Part shown: piece by piece, positions 27,501-37,113 of the stretch | Layout of the letters: every line of letters begins with the position of its first letter | Numbering within the stretch: position 1 is the first letter of the stretch | From: Muribaculum sp. | GTDB taxonomy: Bacteria > Bacteroidota > Bacteroidia > Bacteroidales > Muribaculaceae | Reading direction: 5' to 3' | NCBI GenBank assembly: GCA_023667055.1 | Contig: JAMPAV010000004.1 | Coordinates: forward strand, 15,132 to 79,131 | Length of the DNA: 64,000 nucleotides | Position numbers and translations under genes: made by a program | Notes under the pieces: model-generated | What the model was told of the DNA's origin: nothing | Database searches by the model: none | The model's input: only the letters and a program-made list of their open reading frames with translations

Positions 27501-29177
27501 CGAGTTTCCCGTAGTGTGCACATCCATGTCAAAACCAATCAGCGAATCCTCAAATTTACCCCCAAGCCCGAATAAATAGGTATTCACTCCCGACATATCC
27601 AAAAACGCATCAAATGTTGAGTCTTCTCCGTCTATGTGGTAATCTGCTTCCATATTCAACTGGACATCTGTGTCATTCACGCTTACTGCTGCATAAATGT
27701 CTTTTGTGTGTTTTTTTATATTGCAGTCCAGATCATAAAAATTTTTTCCATTTATTGTGACATAATCCACATTCAATTGCACTTCTCCATCTGCATTCTT
27801 GTCTTTGCCTCTCATTTCTGCATTTATTGAGAATGATGATGGACCTAATCCTTTGATACCGGTCAATTCACCTATCAACAGATTGTCTGCCAAAACTTCA
27901 GCTTTGAATAGTGGACGCATTGCATCCAAGAATTTCGCATTCCCTTTAAATTCTATGTCCCCGGCAAGTGTGCTTATTTTACCTTGCGACCTTACTTCTT
28001 TTCCATCCGCCAGTTTCCCTGTCAGATCTAATTGTATGTTCCCGGCTCTTTGCACGGCATTCTTGAATTTATTACTGCTGCCTGGTATGAGTCTCAGTAT
28101 GGATTCTGTAAGATTTGACGATATGGTCGCCTTTAGCTCTTTCAAATACAGGTCAATGTTCTTTGTGGATCGAAAATTTTTGGCTTCCCCTTGTATCACC
28201 AAATGTGAATTGTCTGATGCATTGTCAAGTCTGAATGTGTTTATCTCTATGCTTTCCTTTGCCAGAGATAAGTCAATGTCAATATCCCATGGGGTGTCAA
28301 AGGTAACTATGTCGGGCAATATACCTGAAAAGTCTGAGGGAGTGAGAAACCCTGCTATCGACAGACCCATCTGTCGATTCTCAAAAAAATCGTATTGAAG
28401 ATTGCCAAACGACAGTTTTGATTCGGGTAGCTCCATCTTCAGATTTAAGATTGACAATGTTTTGATTTTGTCATCTTTATTTTTCTTTAGGTCTAATATG
28501 GCTGACAGCCCTCGCAGTTCCACTCCGGGGCTTACTTCGCATTGCATGTTCCTAACATCAAATCTGAATTCACTGTTGTTTAATTTTGGAATGCTAAGGT
28601 CGATCCTCAAATTGTTCAAAAATATATCCGCAAGCAAAGAATCCTTGTCTTTTGCCTCTGACAACCACGGACGGTGCAGTCTTGCACTGGAATTTCGGAC
28701 CACTACATTTCGGAGTTTGACATCAAATTTTGCAGGCGACTCATTTTTATCTTTTTTGGAGAGTGCTTCTATAAGAAAATCTATATTGTATGGACCATTC
28801 TTTTCCGGCTGCACAATGCTTGCTTCAAGTCCGGATATTTCAGCATAATTGATTACGATTCTTTTTTTTGAAATCAACGACCACAGATCGATCCCCGCCG
28901 CGACTTTCTCTATTTTTGCAATATTTTCATTACTTGGAGAAGTAAGCGATACGCCTTTGAGCTTTATCTCACTAAATGGAGTCACCGACAGTCTGTCTAT
29001 TTTCAATTTGCCTCCAAGCAATGTAGATAATTCTTTGCATGCTAAGTTATTTATCTTTTCTTGCACAGAGGGTAATGACAAAATTACATATAATCCTGAA
29101 TATACAAAGACTATTAGCACTATCACACACATGATAATGCTTCTGACTATTTTGTATATAGGCTTTAATACATTCAT
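24582..29177 (-). CDS. tamB: Translocation and assembly module protein TamB-like (DUF490 C-terminus)
   Basis: 1531 aa with an N-terminal membrane anchor, long beta-rich repetitive body and a C-terminal region (INGNFGYRD...LKAYNHF...GVGVVYRKDF) resembling the TamB family. Confidence 0.7.
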   Translation of the reverse strand: MNVLKPIYKIVRSIIMCVIVLIVFVYSGLYVILSLPSVQEKINNLACKELSTLLGGKLKIDRLSVTPFSEIKLKGVSLTSPSNENIAKIEKVAAGIDLWSLISKKRIVINYAEISGLEASIVQPEKNGPYNIDFLIEALSKKDKNESPAKFDVKLRNVVVRNSSARLHRPWLSEAKDKDSLLADIFLNNLRIDLSIPKLNNSEFRFDVRNMQCEVSPGVELRGLSAILDLKKNKDDKIKTLSILNLKMELPESKLSFGNLQYDFFENRQMGLSIAGFLTPSDFSGILPDIVTFDTPWDIDIDLSLAKESIEINTFRLDNASDNSHLVIQGEAKNFRSTKNIDLYLKELKATISSNLTESILRLIPGSSNKFKNAVQRAGNIQLDLTGKLADGKEVRSQGKISTLAGDIEFKGNAKFLDAMRPLFKAEVLADNLLIGELTGIKGLGPSSFSINAEMRGKDKNADGEVQLNVDYVTINGKNFYDLDCNIKKHTKDIYAAVSVNDTDVQLNMEADYHIDGEDSTFDAFLDMSGVNTYLFGLGGKFEDSLIGFDMDVHTTGNSPDNLTGFLNITNFDLLNLNGKSLHLNNLSVNVDPLIYDNEDLENHQRSLRLRSDWLDANMKGLINPTSLVSEVKGMVAKVLPSLTKYRGSFSEYHEGENNFTFDFEIKGRPDVYEYLGLPICPLTEIPVNGMLDTTSGKFEFSLSTPHLRQGKNKLIRDTKVNISLDSFLGISKVFATTIYPAKKGDVQLALDVYGFSDKLNAALQLNPTLTSSLKGVVTMETTFSRIPDPMKDDEKLSITVDILPSSLAINGLTWDVSKGHINYIGKNVAVSNFIIEHDNQYVKIDGKASEKPEDILRVKLKDIDLDYIFSILNINYVTFGGMATGEIEGSQLFTKEPMAKTQYLRVNNLSYNGAVLGNGNLASSYNPQQQKVGIYAVINDPLTRERRASIDGGIWIKRDSLSFSFDANKVNLQLMKPFMSAFCSDLRGNGSGKCKLYGTFSDIDLVGDLCTDTISMKVDFTNTWYHAGGDSVFMRKGIIEVKPLTLYDSEGHTAEFSGWLRHKYFHEPEFNFKIRDAKSILCYDTNDKNNPLWYGTIYGSGTGQISGRPGLVEIDMNMQTEEHSKFFYVISDAMDTDKYSFLSFTDRRKEQEKRITSDTIPAYLQEFMKKNKEMEERSSNVVLSLKGTVTNDAELTLIMDPIAGDKITARGEGALQMDYNMDSNDLRMIGTYTLDEGKYFFTLQDIIIKNFNIKPGSKIKFNGDPMDANLDIAATYRVNTNLTDLDETFATDKEVSRTSVPVDAILLVNGPMTHPDIDFDIELPTLTSDVERKVKSIVSTNDMMSRQIIYLLALNRFYTPEYIKSGNTASSGSSGGAAEMSSMASSTLSSQLSNILSNMTDKLAVAPSFRSDKGDFTDMEFDLALSSRLLNNRLLINGNFGYRDKKETTNTQFIGDFDIEYLLNRSGNLRLKAYNHFNDQSYYLKSALTTQGVGVVYRKDFDHLFNFRRRKEKHPLDSLQRDSIASGSSN

Positions 29178-29327
29178 CTACACAAATATGGCAATCTCCA
29201 AATATTCTATATCTATATAATTGGAATTTGTCGGTAATTATCAACTACAAAATTAATAAAAAATCGTCTGACGGCAAAATAAAAAATATGTTTTGACCGC
29301 CTATTTGCTGTTTTGAAAAAAATGTGT

Positions 29328-29335
29328 TAACTTTG
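29328..29335 (+). promoter_or_regulatory. -7 promoter box TAACTTTG upstream of tsaD
   Basis: Matches TAnnTTTG, 44 nt upstream of the ATG. Confidence 0.4.
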
Positions 29336-29378
29336 CATTGCGCAAAACGCATCTAAATAACTATAGAAACAATCTTAA

Positions 29379-30395
29379 ATGAGTATCACAATACTTGGAA
29401 TAGAATCCAGCTGCGACGACACTTCGGCTGCTGTCATTACCGATGGCGTGCTTCGAAGCAATGTCATTGCAAGCCAAAAGGTACATGAACTGTTCGGGGG
29501 CGTTGTCCCTGAACTTGCAAGCCGTGCTCACCAGCAAAACATTCTTCCGGTGGTCAGTGAGGCTCTCCGGCAAGCCGGAATAGACAAACGGGATCTCGAT
29601 GCAATTGCTTTCACAAGAGGTCCCGGACTTCTGGGTTCATTGCTTGTCGGTACTTCTTTCGCAAAGGGTATGGCTATTGGTCTTGGTATTCCTCTTGTGG
29701 ATGTCAATCACCTTCATGGTCACGTCTTGAGTCACTTCATCAAAGAAACATCCGCACAAGAGGTTCCTGAGTTCCCTTATATATGTCTGTTGATTTCAGG
29801 CGGCAACTCACAACTGATTTTGGTAAAATCCCAATTTGAAATGATAATGTTGGGAAGCACAATAGATGATGCTGCCGGAGAAGCATTCGACAAATGTGCC
29901 AAAATAATGGGACTTCCATATCCCGGTGGTCCTCACATTGACCGACTCGCCTCCGAAGGTTACCCTCTTGCCTTTAAATTTGCAAAACCACGCATCCCTC
30001 GTTATGATTATTCTTTCAGTGGTCTCAAAACTTCATTTCTATATACTGTCCGGGACCATTTGAAGTCTGATCCGGATTTTATTAAGAAAAGACAGGCCGA
30101 CCTTGCCGCTTCACTGCAAAAAACAATTATTGATATTTTGCTCGATAAGCTCTCTTCGGTCGTTAAGGAATACAACGTGAAGCAAGTCGCAATCGGAGGT
30201 GGTGTCTCTGCCAATAGCGGAGTTAGATTGGCTATTGAGAACTTCTGTTCTAACAGACACATAAAGGCTTGGATACCTAAAAGATCCTACACCACCGACA
30301 ATGCCGCTATGGTGGCCATTGCAGGTTATTTCAAATATCTGCAAAAAGATTTCTGCAAACTGGATTTACCCCCGTATTCTAAAGTTCAGGTTTAA
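29379..30395 (+). CDS. tsaD: tRNA N6-adenosine threonylcarbamoyltransferase
   Basis: 338 aa. N-terminus ILGIESSCDDTSAA, metal motif NHLHGH, and the overall Kae1/TsaD pattern. Confidence 0.95.
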   Translation: MSITILGIESSCDDTSAAVITDGVLRSNVIASQKVHELFGGVVPELASRAHQQNILPVVSEALRQAGIDKRDLDAIAFTRGPGLLGSLLVGTSFAKGMAIGLGIPLVDVNHLHGHVLSHFIKETSAQEVPEFPYICLLISGGNSQLILVKSQFEMIMLGSTIDDAAGEAFDKCAKIMGLPYPGGPHIDRLASEGYPLAFKFAKPRIPRYDYSFSGLKTSFLYTVRDHLKSDPDFIKKRQADLAASLQKTIIDILLDKLSSVVKEYNVKQVAIGGGVSANSGVRLAIENFCSNRHIKAWIPKRSYTTDNAAMVAIAGYFKYLQKDFCKLDLPPYSKVQV

Positions 30396-30400
30396 CAACT

Positions 30401-31162
30401 ATGAAAGCAACATCAAATACCGAAAAAAGACATGTCATTGTCTATGGCTACACACGTAAGGAAATTGCCGGTGTGCTTAAGCATTTCATAAGGCACCTCC
30501 CTGAATACATCAGGATGAGTATCGAATCAAATCTTCTCGTCTCTAAGATCATTCTTATTGGCAAACATGATGGCATAGCACTCTTGCGCTTTAATCTAAA
30601 CAGATACCAGCAAAACCTGCGCGATATTTTCACTAAGGATGTGATTTCAAGTGAAGACAAATCCCTTGCTGAAGTTCTTGGCGATCTGCTCAAGGAAAGG
30701 GAACTGACAGTTGCGTGTGCTGAAAGCTGCACAGGCGGGAACATTGCTCACCGCATAACGCAACAGCCTGGCAGTAGCAATTATTTCCTCGGAAGTGTAG
30801 TCAGCTACGCCAATGATGTAAAAACGAATGTACTCGGTGTTCCTCAGACTTTCATCGACCAATATGGTGCAGTAAGCCGACAAGTGGTGGAATCAATGGC
30901 GGAAGGCGTTTGCCGACTCATGAGAAGCGACTGTGCGATTTCTACATCCGGCATTGCCGGCCCAGACGGTGGCACTAAACTGAAACCTGTGGGAACCGTG
31001 TGGATAGGTGCTAAATATGGTAGCAAGATAGTGAGTGAATGCCGACATTTCGAGGGAGACCGTAATGATGTAATCGAGTCTGCCACCGCTCATGGTATTG
31101 TAATGCTCATCAACCTTCTCAGAGATACTTACGAGGAAGAAGACGATCTTGCCGATGAATGA
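30401..31162 (+). CDS. CinA-family protein with C-terminal nicotinamide-nucleotide amidohydrolase (PncC-like) domain, lacking the MoCF domain
   Basis: 253 aa. CAESCTGGNIAHRITQQPGSSNYFLGSVVSYAN is the CinA C-terminal signature. It is preceded by ~95 aa of non-MoCF sequence. Confidence 0.8.
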   Translation: MKATSNTEKRHVIVYGYTRKEIAGVLKHFIRHLPEYIRMSIESNLLVSKIILIGKHDGIALLRFNLNRYQQNLRDIFTKDVISSEDKSLAEVLGDLLKERELTVACAESCTGGNIAHRITQQPGSSNYFLGSVVSYANDVKTNVLGVPQTFIDQYGAVSRQVVESMAEGVCRLMRSDCAISTSGIAGPDGGTKLKPVGTVWIGAKYGSKIVSECRHFEGDRNDVIESATAHGIVMLINLLRDTYEEEDDLADE

Positions 31163-31217
31163 TTTCTATAATTGAAACGTCTGCTTTTGAGTCGGAGACT
31201 TATCTCCTTTGGCTATC

Positions 31218-32405
31218 CTATGCAAGCGCGAGTATGATTGTATCAGATATCAGTATGGATTGCTCAGAGAGTGAAAGATGATTTCCTGCCAAGATGAGAC
31301 TGCCTTCGTTTATATAGTTTTCGCTTCTTTTTAAAAGCCTTATATATTCCGCGTCTCCAAATCTTTGTATAAATTCATTAAGGTTGATACCCTCTTTTGT
31401 GCGTAATCCTATCATGATGTATTCTTCGCGCAGTTCCTCATCGGTAAGATATTCACGTTGTATCATGCCAGTGTGTGTCGGAAGATAAATCCCGGTCTCT
31501 TCTTCACCTATAGGTTCAGTCCCTACCCCGCTGTCTTTCCAATAGCGGATATATTCTCCGACATCAGCCTTGTTGGCACTGCGGCAGCTATGTCCGTCAT
31601 AGCTGTGGGCTGAAGGTCCGAGACCAAGATAAGGGATTCCTTGCCAATATGATGAATTGTGACGGCTTCGGAAACCTGGCAGTGCAAAATTGCTTATCTC
31701 ATAGTGCTCATAACCGGCATTTTTAAGTTCCGTGAGCATAATCTTCATCATTTCTTCTGAAGTTTCATCCGGGGTCTCAGCCACAATTCCTCTGTCGCGC
31801 AAGAATGTGAGTGCGGTCCCCTCCTCATACATTAGGGAATATGATGAAATATGAGCTGGGTGCATTTCTATGGCCTGCTGTATATCTCTCCGCCACATTT
31901 CGACAGTTTGGCCGGGAATGCCGAAAATCAAATCAATGGAGACATTGCCAAATACCTGTTTGGCCATTTCAAAAGCGCTTTTTGCTTTCTCAGATGTATG
32001 TCTTCTTTTTATGGTTCTCAATAAATTGTCATCGAAACTTTGTATCCCGATACTTAATCTGTTGACACCTCCACGTTTCCATATCTGCAGCATTTCGGGA
32101 GTGACATCATCAGGATTCACCTCAATGGTGAACTCTTCCACTTCTTGCATATATTGACTTAACGCCCGGCAAAGACGCATGAAATCTTCACCGGGCATTA
32201 ATGAAGGCGTTCCACCCCCGATATACACGGTTTTCAGAGGGGATGGAAGTTCGGTAATCCTATGATTTAGTTCAGATATTAGGGCATCCACGTAGGCCGT
32301 CCAGTCTGCTATGCGGGAGCCTACACTATAGAAGTCACAATATATACACTTCATGCGGCAATATGCCGCATGAATATATAGACCTCCAGGTATTTCAACG
32401 CCCAT
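31218..32405 (-). CDS. hemW: Radical SAM family heme chaperone HemW / HemN-like
   Basis: 395 aa with LYIHAAYCRMKCIYCDFY (CxxxCxxC), GGGTPS, and a HemN C-terminal-like domain. Confidence 0.85.
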   Translation of the reverse strand: MGVEIPGGLYIHAAYCRMKCIYCDFYSVGSRIADWTAYVDALISELNHRITELPSPLKTVYIGGGTPSLMPGEDFMRLCRALSQYMQEVEEFTIEVNPDDVTPEMLQIWKRGGVNRLSIGIQSFDDNLLRTIKRRHTSEKAKSAFEMAKQVFGNVSIDLIFGIPGQTVEMWRRDIQQAIEMHPAHISSYSLMYEEGTALTFLRDRGIVAETPDETSEEMMKIMLTELKNAGYEHYEISNFALPGFRSRHNSSYWQGIPYLGLGPSAHSYDGHSCRSANKADVGEYIRYWKDSGVGTEPIGEEETGIYLPTHTGMIQREYLTDEELREEYIMIGLRTKEGINLNEFIQRFGDAEYIRLLKRSENYINEGSLILAGNHLSLSEQSILISDTIILALA

Positions 32406-32462
32406 ATAATCTAAACTTATAAATTCATAAATCCAAAATTCCGCAAGGCGCGGATTTTGCCT

Positions 32463-35087
32463 TTACAAATCAAGTAGTTCATATATCTTGTCGCGGGCTG
32501 CTGAGAGTCCTTCCGGATCTTTTCCACCGGCCTGTGCGAAGAAAGGTTGTCCGCCCCCTCCACCCTTGATCAGTTTGGCTGCTTCCCTTACGATCTGACC
32601 CGCATTTGCGCCAGTCTTTACTATGTCATCACTCAACATTACTGTGAGAAGCGGCTTCTTTTCAGGCGACACAGTGGCTCCGACGAATACTGTGTGCTCC
32701 GGACATTCCTTACGTATGGTAAATGCGAGGTTCTTAACCACCTCCGGCATCCTGACACCAACGAAATCTATAACCTTGACGCCATTCACATCCTTTGCGT
32801 CCTTTATCAGTTTGTCAGAAAGAGACTTGATTCTTTCAGCCATTGCCTCATCAAGCTGCTTGTGAAGTTCGGCATTTTCTTTCACGGATTTCTCCACAGC
32901 CGCCCTGAGGTTGCCGGTAGAGCCAAGCAATGAGGAAAGGCCAAGCATCATATCCTGCATCTCGTCGAGCATCTTCTCGACACCGGCCCCGGTCACGGCC
33001 TCTATACGCCGTATGCCGGCAGCGATGCTGCTCTCCGATACTATTCGCACCATTCCGATGTTGCCGGTATTGCATACGTGTGTGCCGCCGCAAAGTTCAA
33101 CCGACTCGCCAAATTTCACCACGCGCACCTTGTCGCCATACTTCTCGCCGAAAAGTGCCATTGCACCAAGATTTCTGGCCTCTGCTATAGGCATTTCGCG
33201 GTGTTCCTCAAGAGGCATTGCCCTGCGGATACGTGAATTCACTATATGCTCCACCTTGCGTATTTCTTCCGGGGTCACTTTTTGGAAATGGGAGAAGTCG
33301 AAGCGAAGCACAGATGGCGAAACGTATGAACCCTTTTGCTCCACATGAGTGCCAAGCACCTCCCGCAGTGCCTCATGTATAAGGTGGGTCGCTGAGTGGT
33401 TGGCTGCTGTGGCATCGCGTGCTTCAGTATTTATGACTGCCGTGAATGTGTCGGCTGGATTTTCAGGCATCTTATATGTGAGATGCACACTTACGTTGTT
33501 TTCTCTTTTCGTGTCGAATATATCTGTCTCTTTTCCTTCGGAATCAATAAGTTTTCCGGAATCGCCTACCTGTCCGCCCATCTCGCCGTAAAATGGAGTC
33601 TGGTCAAGTATTATCTGGAAATATTCCTTTCCCTTTTGTTTTACTTTGCGATAACGCAGAATCCTCGACTCCGATTCTGTGAAGTCATATCCCACGAATC
33701 TCTGTTCGCCTTCATGCACATTCACCCAGTCGCCGGTCTCGATAGCGGCCGCATTCCGTGCTCGCTCTTTTTGACGGTTCATCTCTTCTTCATAACCCTT
33801 GTGGTCAAGCGTCATTCCCTGTTCACGCAGGATGAGCTCTGTAAGGTCGAGAGGAAATCCGTAGGTATCATAGAGGGTGAAAGCCTCTTTTCCGCTGATT
33901 TCAGTCTTACCTTCTTTTTTGGCGTTGGCCACAAGTGTGTCAAGCAAACCGATACCTTTGTCAAGAGTGCGAAGGAAAGATTCCTCTTCTTCCTTAATTA
34001 CTTTCTTGATAAGATCCCTCTGGGCCACGAGTTCCGGATATGCCTCGCCCATTTGATCCACAAGCACATCCACAAGCTGATAGATAAACGGCGTCTTCTG
34101 GCCGAGGAATGTATAGGCATAGCGCACGGCTCGACGCAATATTCTGCGGATTACATAGCCGGCTTTGGCATTGCTCGGCAACTGCGAGTCGGCTATGGAA
34201 AATGCTATCGTGCGGCAATGGTCGGAACAAACACGCATGGCTACATCGGTCATCTTGTCCTTGCCATATTCCTTGCCAGAAATCTCACTTATCTTGGCTA
34301 TGAATGGAGTAAACACATCGGTGTCATAGTTTGACTTCTTGCCCTGGAGAGCCATGCAAAGTCGCTCGAAACCCATACCGGTATCAATAACCTTGGCGGG
34401 AAGCGGCTCAAGATGTCCGTCGGCCTTACGCTCATACTGCATGAAGACAAGATTCCATATCTCTATCACAAGAGGATTGTCTTTGTTGACAAGTGTGGCT
34501 CCATCCACTTCTGCCCTCTCTTCATCGCTGCGGAGGTCTATGTGGATTTCAGAGCAAGGACCGCAAGGGCCAGTATCTCCCATTTCCCAGAAATTGTCGT
34601 GACGGTTGCCATTGATTATATGGCTCTTGGGAAGATGCTGCTCCCAATATCCGGCAGCCTCATTGTCGCGCTCCAGTCCCTCAGGGGCATATCCCTCAAA
34701 TACTGTGGCATAAAGACGGTCCGGATTCAGTTTAAGCACATCCACGAGATATTCCCATGCCCAGTCAATGGCCTCTTTCTTGAAGTAATCGCCAAACGAC
34801 CAGTTACCCAGCATCTCAAACATCGTATGATGGTATGTGTCGTGGCCGACCTCCTCAAGGTCGTTGTGCTTTCCGCTTACTCGAAGACATTTCTGCGAGT
34901 CCGCGACTCGGGTATATTTTGCCGGACGGTTACCAAGGATGATATCCTTAAACTGGTTCATTCCGGCATTTGTAAACATAAGTGTGGGGTCATCCTTGAT
35001 GACCATAGGAGCAGAAGGCACTATATGGTGGCCTTTGCTTTCAAAAAATCGTTTGAACGACTCTCTGATTTCCTTGGAAGTAGGCAT
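32463..35087 (-). CDS. alaS: Alanine--tRNA ligase
   Basis: 874 aa with [18 protein letters not shown], an editing domain HxxxH region ([12 protein letters not shown]) and a C-terminal DHHA1-like domain. Confidence 0.97.
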   Translation of the reverse strand: MPTSKEIRESFKRFFESKGHHIVPSAPMVIKDDPTLMFTNAGMNQFKDIILGNRPAKYTRVADSQKCLRVSGKHNDLEEVGHDTYHHTMFEMLGNWSFGDYFKKEAIDWAWEYLVDVLKLNPDRLYATVFEGYAPEGLERDNEAAGYWEQHLPKSHIINGNRHDNFWEMGDTGPCGPCSEIHIDLRSDEERAEVDGATLVNKDNPLVIEIWNLVFMQYERKADGHLEPLPAKVIDTGMGFERLCMALQGKKSNYDTDVFTPFIAKISEISGKEYGKDKMTDVAMRVCSDHCRTIAFSIADSQLPSNAKAGYVIRRILRRAVRYAYTFLGQKTPFIYQLVDVLVDQMGEAYPELVAQRDLIKKVIKEEEESFLRTLDKGIGLLDTLVANAKKEGKTEISGKEAFTLYDTYGFPLDLTELILREQGMTLDHKGYEEEMNRQKERARNAAAIETGDWVNVHEGEQRFVGYDFTESESRILRYRKVKQKGKEYFQIILDQTPFYGEMGGQVGDSGKLIDSEGKETDIFDTKRENNVSVHLTYKMPENPADTFTAVINTEARDATAANHSATHLIHEALREVLGTHVEQKGSYVSPSVLRFDFSHFQKVTPEEIRKVEHIVNSRIRRAMPLEEHREMPIAEARNLGAMALFGEKYGDKVRVVKFGESVELCGGTHVCNTGNIGMVRIVSESSIAAGIRRIEAVTGAGVEKMLDEMQDMMLGLSSLLGSTGNLRAAVEKSVKENAELHKQLDEAMAERIKSLSDKLIKDAKDVNGVKVIDFVGVRMPEVVKNLAFTIRKECPEHTVFVGATVSPEKKPLLTVMLSDDIVKTGANAGQIVREAAKLIKGGGGGQPFFAQAGGKDPEGLSAARDKIYELLDL

Positions 35088-35156
35088 AATGTATTATAGT
35101 ATGAATTATTTTGCGTATTAGACTGCAAAATTAGTCATTTTTTGCAAGATACGCAA

Positions 35157-35197
35157 ATAAAAAGAGATGCCGGTGGCAATTCACACGGGCATCCCTT
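35157..35197 (-). terminator. Intrinsic terminator after the acyl-CoA dehydrogenase gene
   Basis: On the minus strand: GGGATGCCCG ... CCGGCATCTC imperfect stem followed by TTTTTATTTG. Confidence 0.55.
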
Positions 35198-35220
35198 TCT
35201 ATTAGTGAGTAACTTTTGTC

Positions 35221-36921
35221 TTAGTAGGTGTAGGCTGCAAGCTGGGTTGGCTGGAAGTTGCTGATGAACTCGGCGTGCTTGGTGCATTCTGCCTGACCAT
35301 ACTTCACATAGACTTCAAGCGACTTGTCAAATGCGTCGCTGCGGCTTGCCTCCTCGAGAAGCAGACACCCCATCACTGTATGTCCAGCCATCTCCACTAA
35401 GCGACGCGCCATGAAGTCGGTATATGCCTGATCCTTTACATTGAGCACATTTTTCACTGCTGCTTCATATTGCTCTGTCATCACCTCAAGGTTCTTCTTC
35501 ACGTCGGCATATTTGTCAGCCACTTCAGTGCTGAGGGCTTCCTTGATAAAGTTGAGATATGTGCCGGTGGCGACGTGGCGGATTGCAGCAACTACCTGTA
35601 GCTGGGTTGTTCCCTCATAGATGCTCGTGATGCGTGCATCGCGGTAGAGGCGCTCACACTTGTAGTCCTTCATGAATCCGCTGCCGCCATGAATCTGGAT
35701 GCAGTCGTAGGTGTTCTGGTTGCAGAATTCGGATCCCATTCCCTTGGCAAGAGGAGTGAATGCATCTGCAAGTTTGCTATAGAATTTTGCCTCGAGTTTT
35801 TCTTCTTTGGTAAGTGGACGTTCCTTTGCAATATCATCGTAAATTTTATAGATATCCACAAAACGTGCACAAGCATAGAGAAGGGCGCGACTTGCATCAA
35901 GCTTTGCCTTCATCACGCTGAGAATCTCTGCCACAGCAGGAAACTCTATGATGGCTTTGCCAAACTGCTTGCGATCCTTTGCATAGTCAAGTGCCTCGCG
36001 ATATGCAGCCTCGGAAAGCCCTACGCTCTGAGCTGCTATGCCAAGACGGGCACCATTCATAAGTGCCATCACATACTTGATCAGTCCAAGCTTACGGCTT
36101 CCACACAACTCAGCAGGAGCATCTTTATATACGAGCTCACATGTTGGGCTCCCCTTGATACCCATTTTGTTTTCAATGCGACGTACATTGACACCTCCAT
36201 TACGTTTGTCATAAATAAACATCGAGAGGCCACGGCCGTCGTGGGTACCCTCCTCACTGCGTGCAAGCACAAGGTGAATGTCAGAGTCACCGTTGGTGAT
36301 GAAGCGTTTCACTCCGTTGAGCACCCAGCTGCCATCTTCCTTTTGCGAAGCCTTGAGCATGACGCTCTGCAGATCTGAGCCGGCATCGGGTTCGGTGAGG
36401 TCCATACTCATAGTTTCACCCTCGCAGACTCGCTTGATGTAGCGCTGCTTCTGGTCCTCGTCGGCAAATTCATAGATGGTCTCTGCACAGTCCTGAAGAC
36501 CCCAGAGGTTTTCAAAACCGGCATCGGCACGACTGACGATATCTGCTGCCATGATATAGGGGGTGATCGGGAAGTTAAGACCACCAAGACGGCGTGGCAT
36601 TGACATACCCATCAGGCCTGCTTTGCGGCATGCCTCAAGATTCTTCTTAGTGCCTTCGGCATAGTTGACACGGTTGTTTTCTACACGTGGCCCCTCGTGG
36701 TCAACATTTTCAGCATTTTCAGCGATAACATCTCCACATATTTCGCCCACTACCTCAAGCACCTTGTCGTATGAATCCATGGCATCCTCAAAATCAAGGG
36801 GTGCATAGTCATATTTGTCGGCATCGGCAAAATTTCTCTCCTTAAGTTCCACGATCTTCTTCATCAACGGATGCTGAAGATGTGCCTTTAAATTCGGATT
36901 GTCTGTATAAAAATTAGCCAT
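35221..36921 (-). CDS. Acyl-CoA dehydrogenase (long form)
   Basis: Acyl-CoA dehydrogenase N-terminal, middle and C-terminal domain pattern, and genomic linkage to etfBA. ATG at 36921 (MANFYTDNP...) is preferred over the track's TTG at 36939. Confidence 0.85.
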   Translation of the reverse strand: MANFYTDNPNLKAHLQHPLMKKIVELKERNFADADKYDYAPLDFEDAMDSYDKVLEVVGEICGDVIAENAENVDHEGPRVENNRVNYAEGTKKNLEACRKAGLMGMSMPRRLGGLNFPITPYIMAADIVSRADAGFENLWGLQDCAETIYEFADEDQKQRYIKRVCEGETMSMDLTEPDAGSDLQSVMLKASQKEDGSWVLNGVKRFITNGDSDIHLVLARSEEGTHDGRGLSMFIYDKRNGGVNVRRIENKMGIKGSPTCELVYKDAPAELCGSRKLGLIKYVMALMNGARLGIAAQSVGLSEAAYREALDYAKDRKQFGKAIIEFPAVAEILSVMKAKLDASRALLYACARFVDIYKIYDDIAKERPLTKEEKLEAKFYSKLADAFTPLAKGMGSEFCNQNTYDCIQIHGGSGFMKDYKCERLYRDARITSIYEGTTQLQVVAAIRHVATGTYLNFIKEALSTEVADKYADVKKNLEVMTEQYEAAVKNVLNVKDQAYTDFMARRLVEMAGHTVMGCLLLEEASRSDAFDKSLEVYVKYGQAECTKHAEFISNFQPTQLAAYTY

Positions 36922-36951
36922 AATATTTAAGCTTCGCAAGCTCCGCTTAAA

Positions 36952-37111
36952 GTTTAGGGTTTAGAGTTTAGAGTTTAGTTTAATGGCAAATTGCAGATAA
37001 AATACAAATTGCAGATAAAATACAAATTGCAGATAAAATACAAATTGCAGATAAAATAAACCTATAAACCTATAAACCTATAAACTTCAAATTTCGCTTA
37101 CGCGAAATTTG
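36952..37111. repeat. Composite tandem repeat spacer: GTTTAGR x4, an 18-mer x4, AACCTATA x3, then a 10 bp stem hairpin
   Basis: Read directly. GTTTAGG GTTTAGA GTTTAGA GTTTAGT at 36952-36979. CAAATTGCAGATAAAATA x4 perfect at 36987-37058. AACCTATA x3 at 37059-37082. CAAATTTCGC-TTAC-GCGAAATTTG at 37088-37111. Confidence 0.95.
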
Positions 37112-37113
37112 AT

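Noticed and set aside
33396-34334. 312 aa plus-strand ORF. Similar long antisense ORFs occur at 10922-11875, 17536-18354, 20050-20700, 27799-28398, 34413-35099, 35689-36378, 49068-49697 and 62399-63256.
   Set aside because: Each lies entirely inside and opposite a long, well-supported gene (alaS, GH43, the rimO/isochorismate synthase-like gene junction, M13 peptidase, tamB, acd, uxaB, the last partial gene). Their translations are low-complexity or Cys/His/Arg-rich with no recognisable motifs. They are shadow ORFs.
36952-36982. TTTAGGG / CCCTAAA units (also at 12641-12671), identical to the plant-type telomere word.
   Set aside because: Only one or two exact units occur per site, inside a bacterial chromosome context among other unrelated heptamer words. 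The resemblance is coincidental.
36987-37058. Four perfect 18 nt direct repeats considered as a CRISPR-like array.
   Set aside because: The repeats are contiguous with no spacers, are too short, and no cas genes are nearby. This is a plain tandem repeat.
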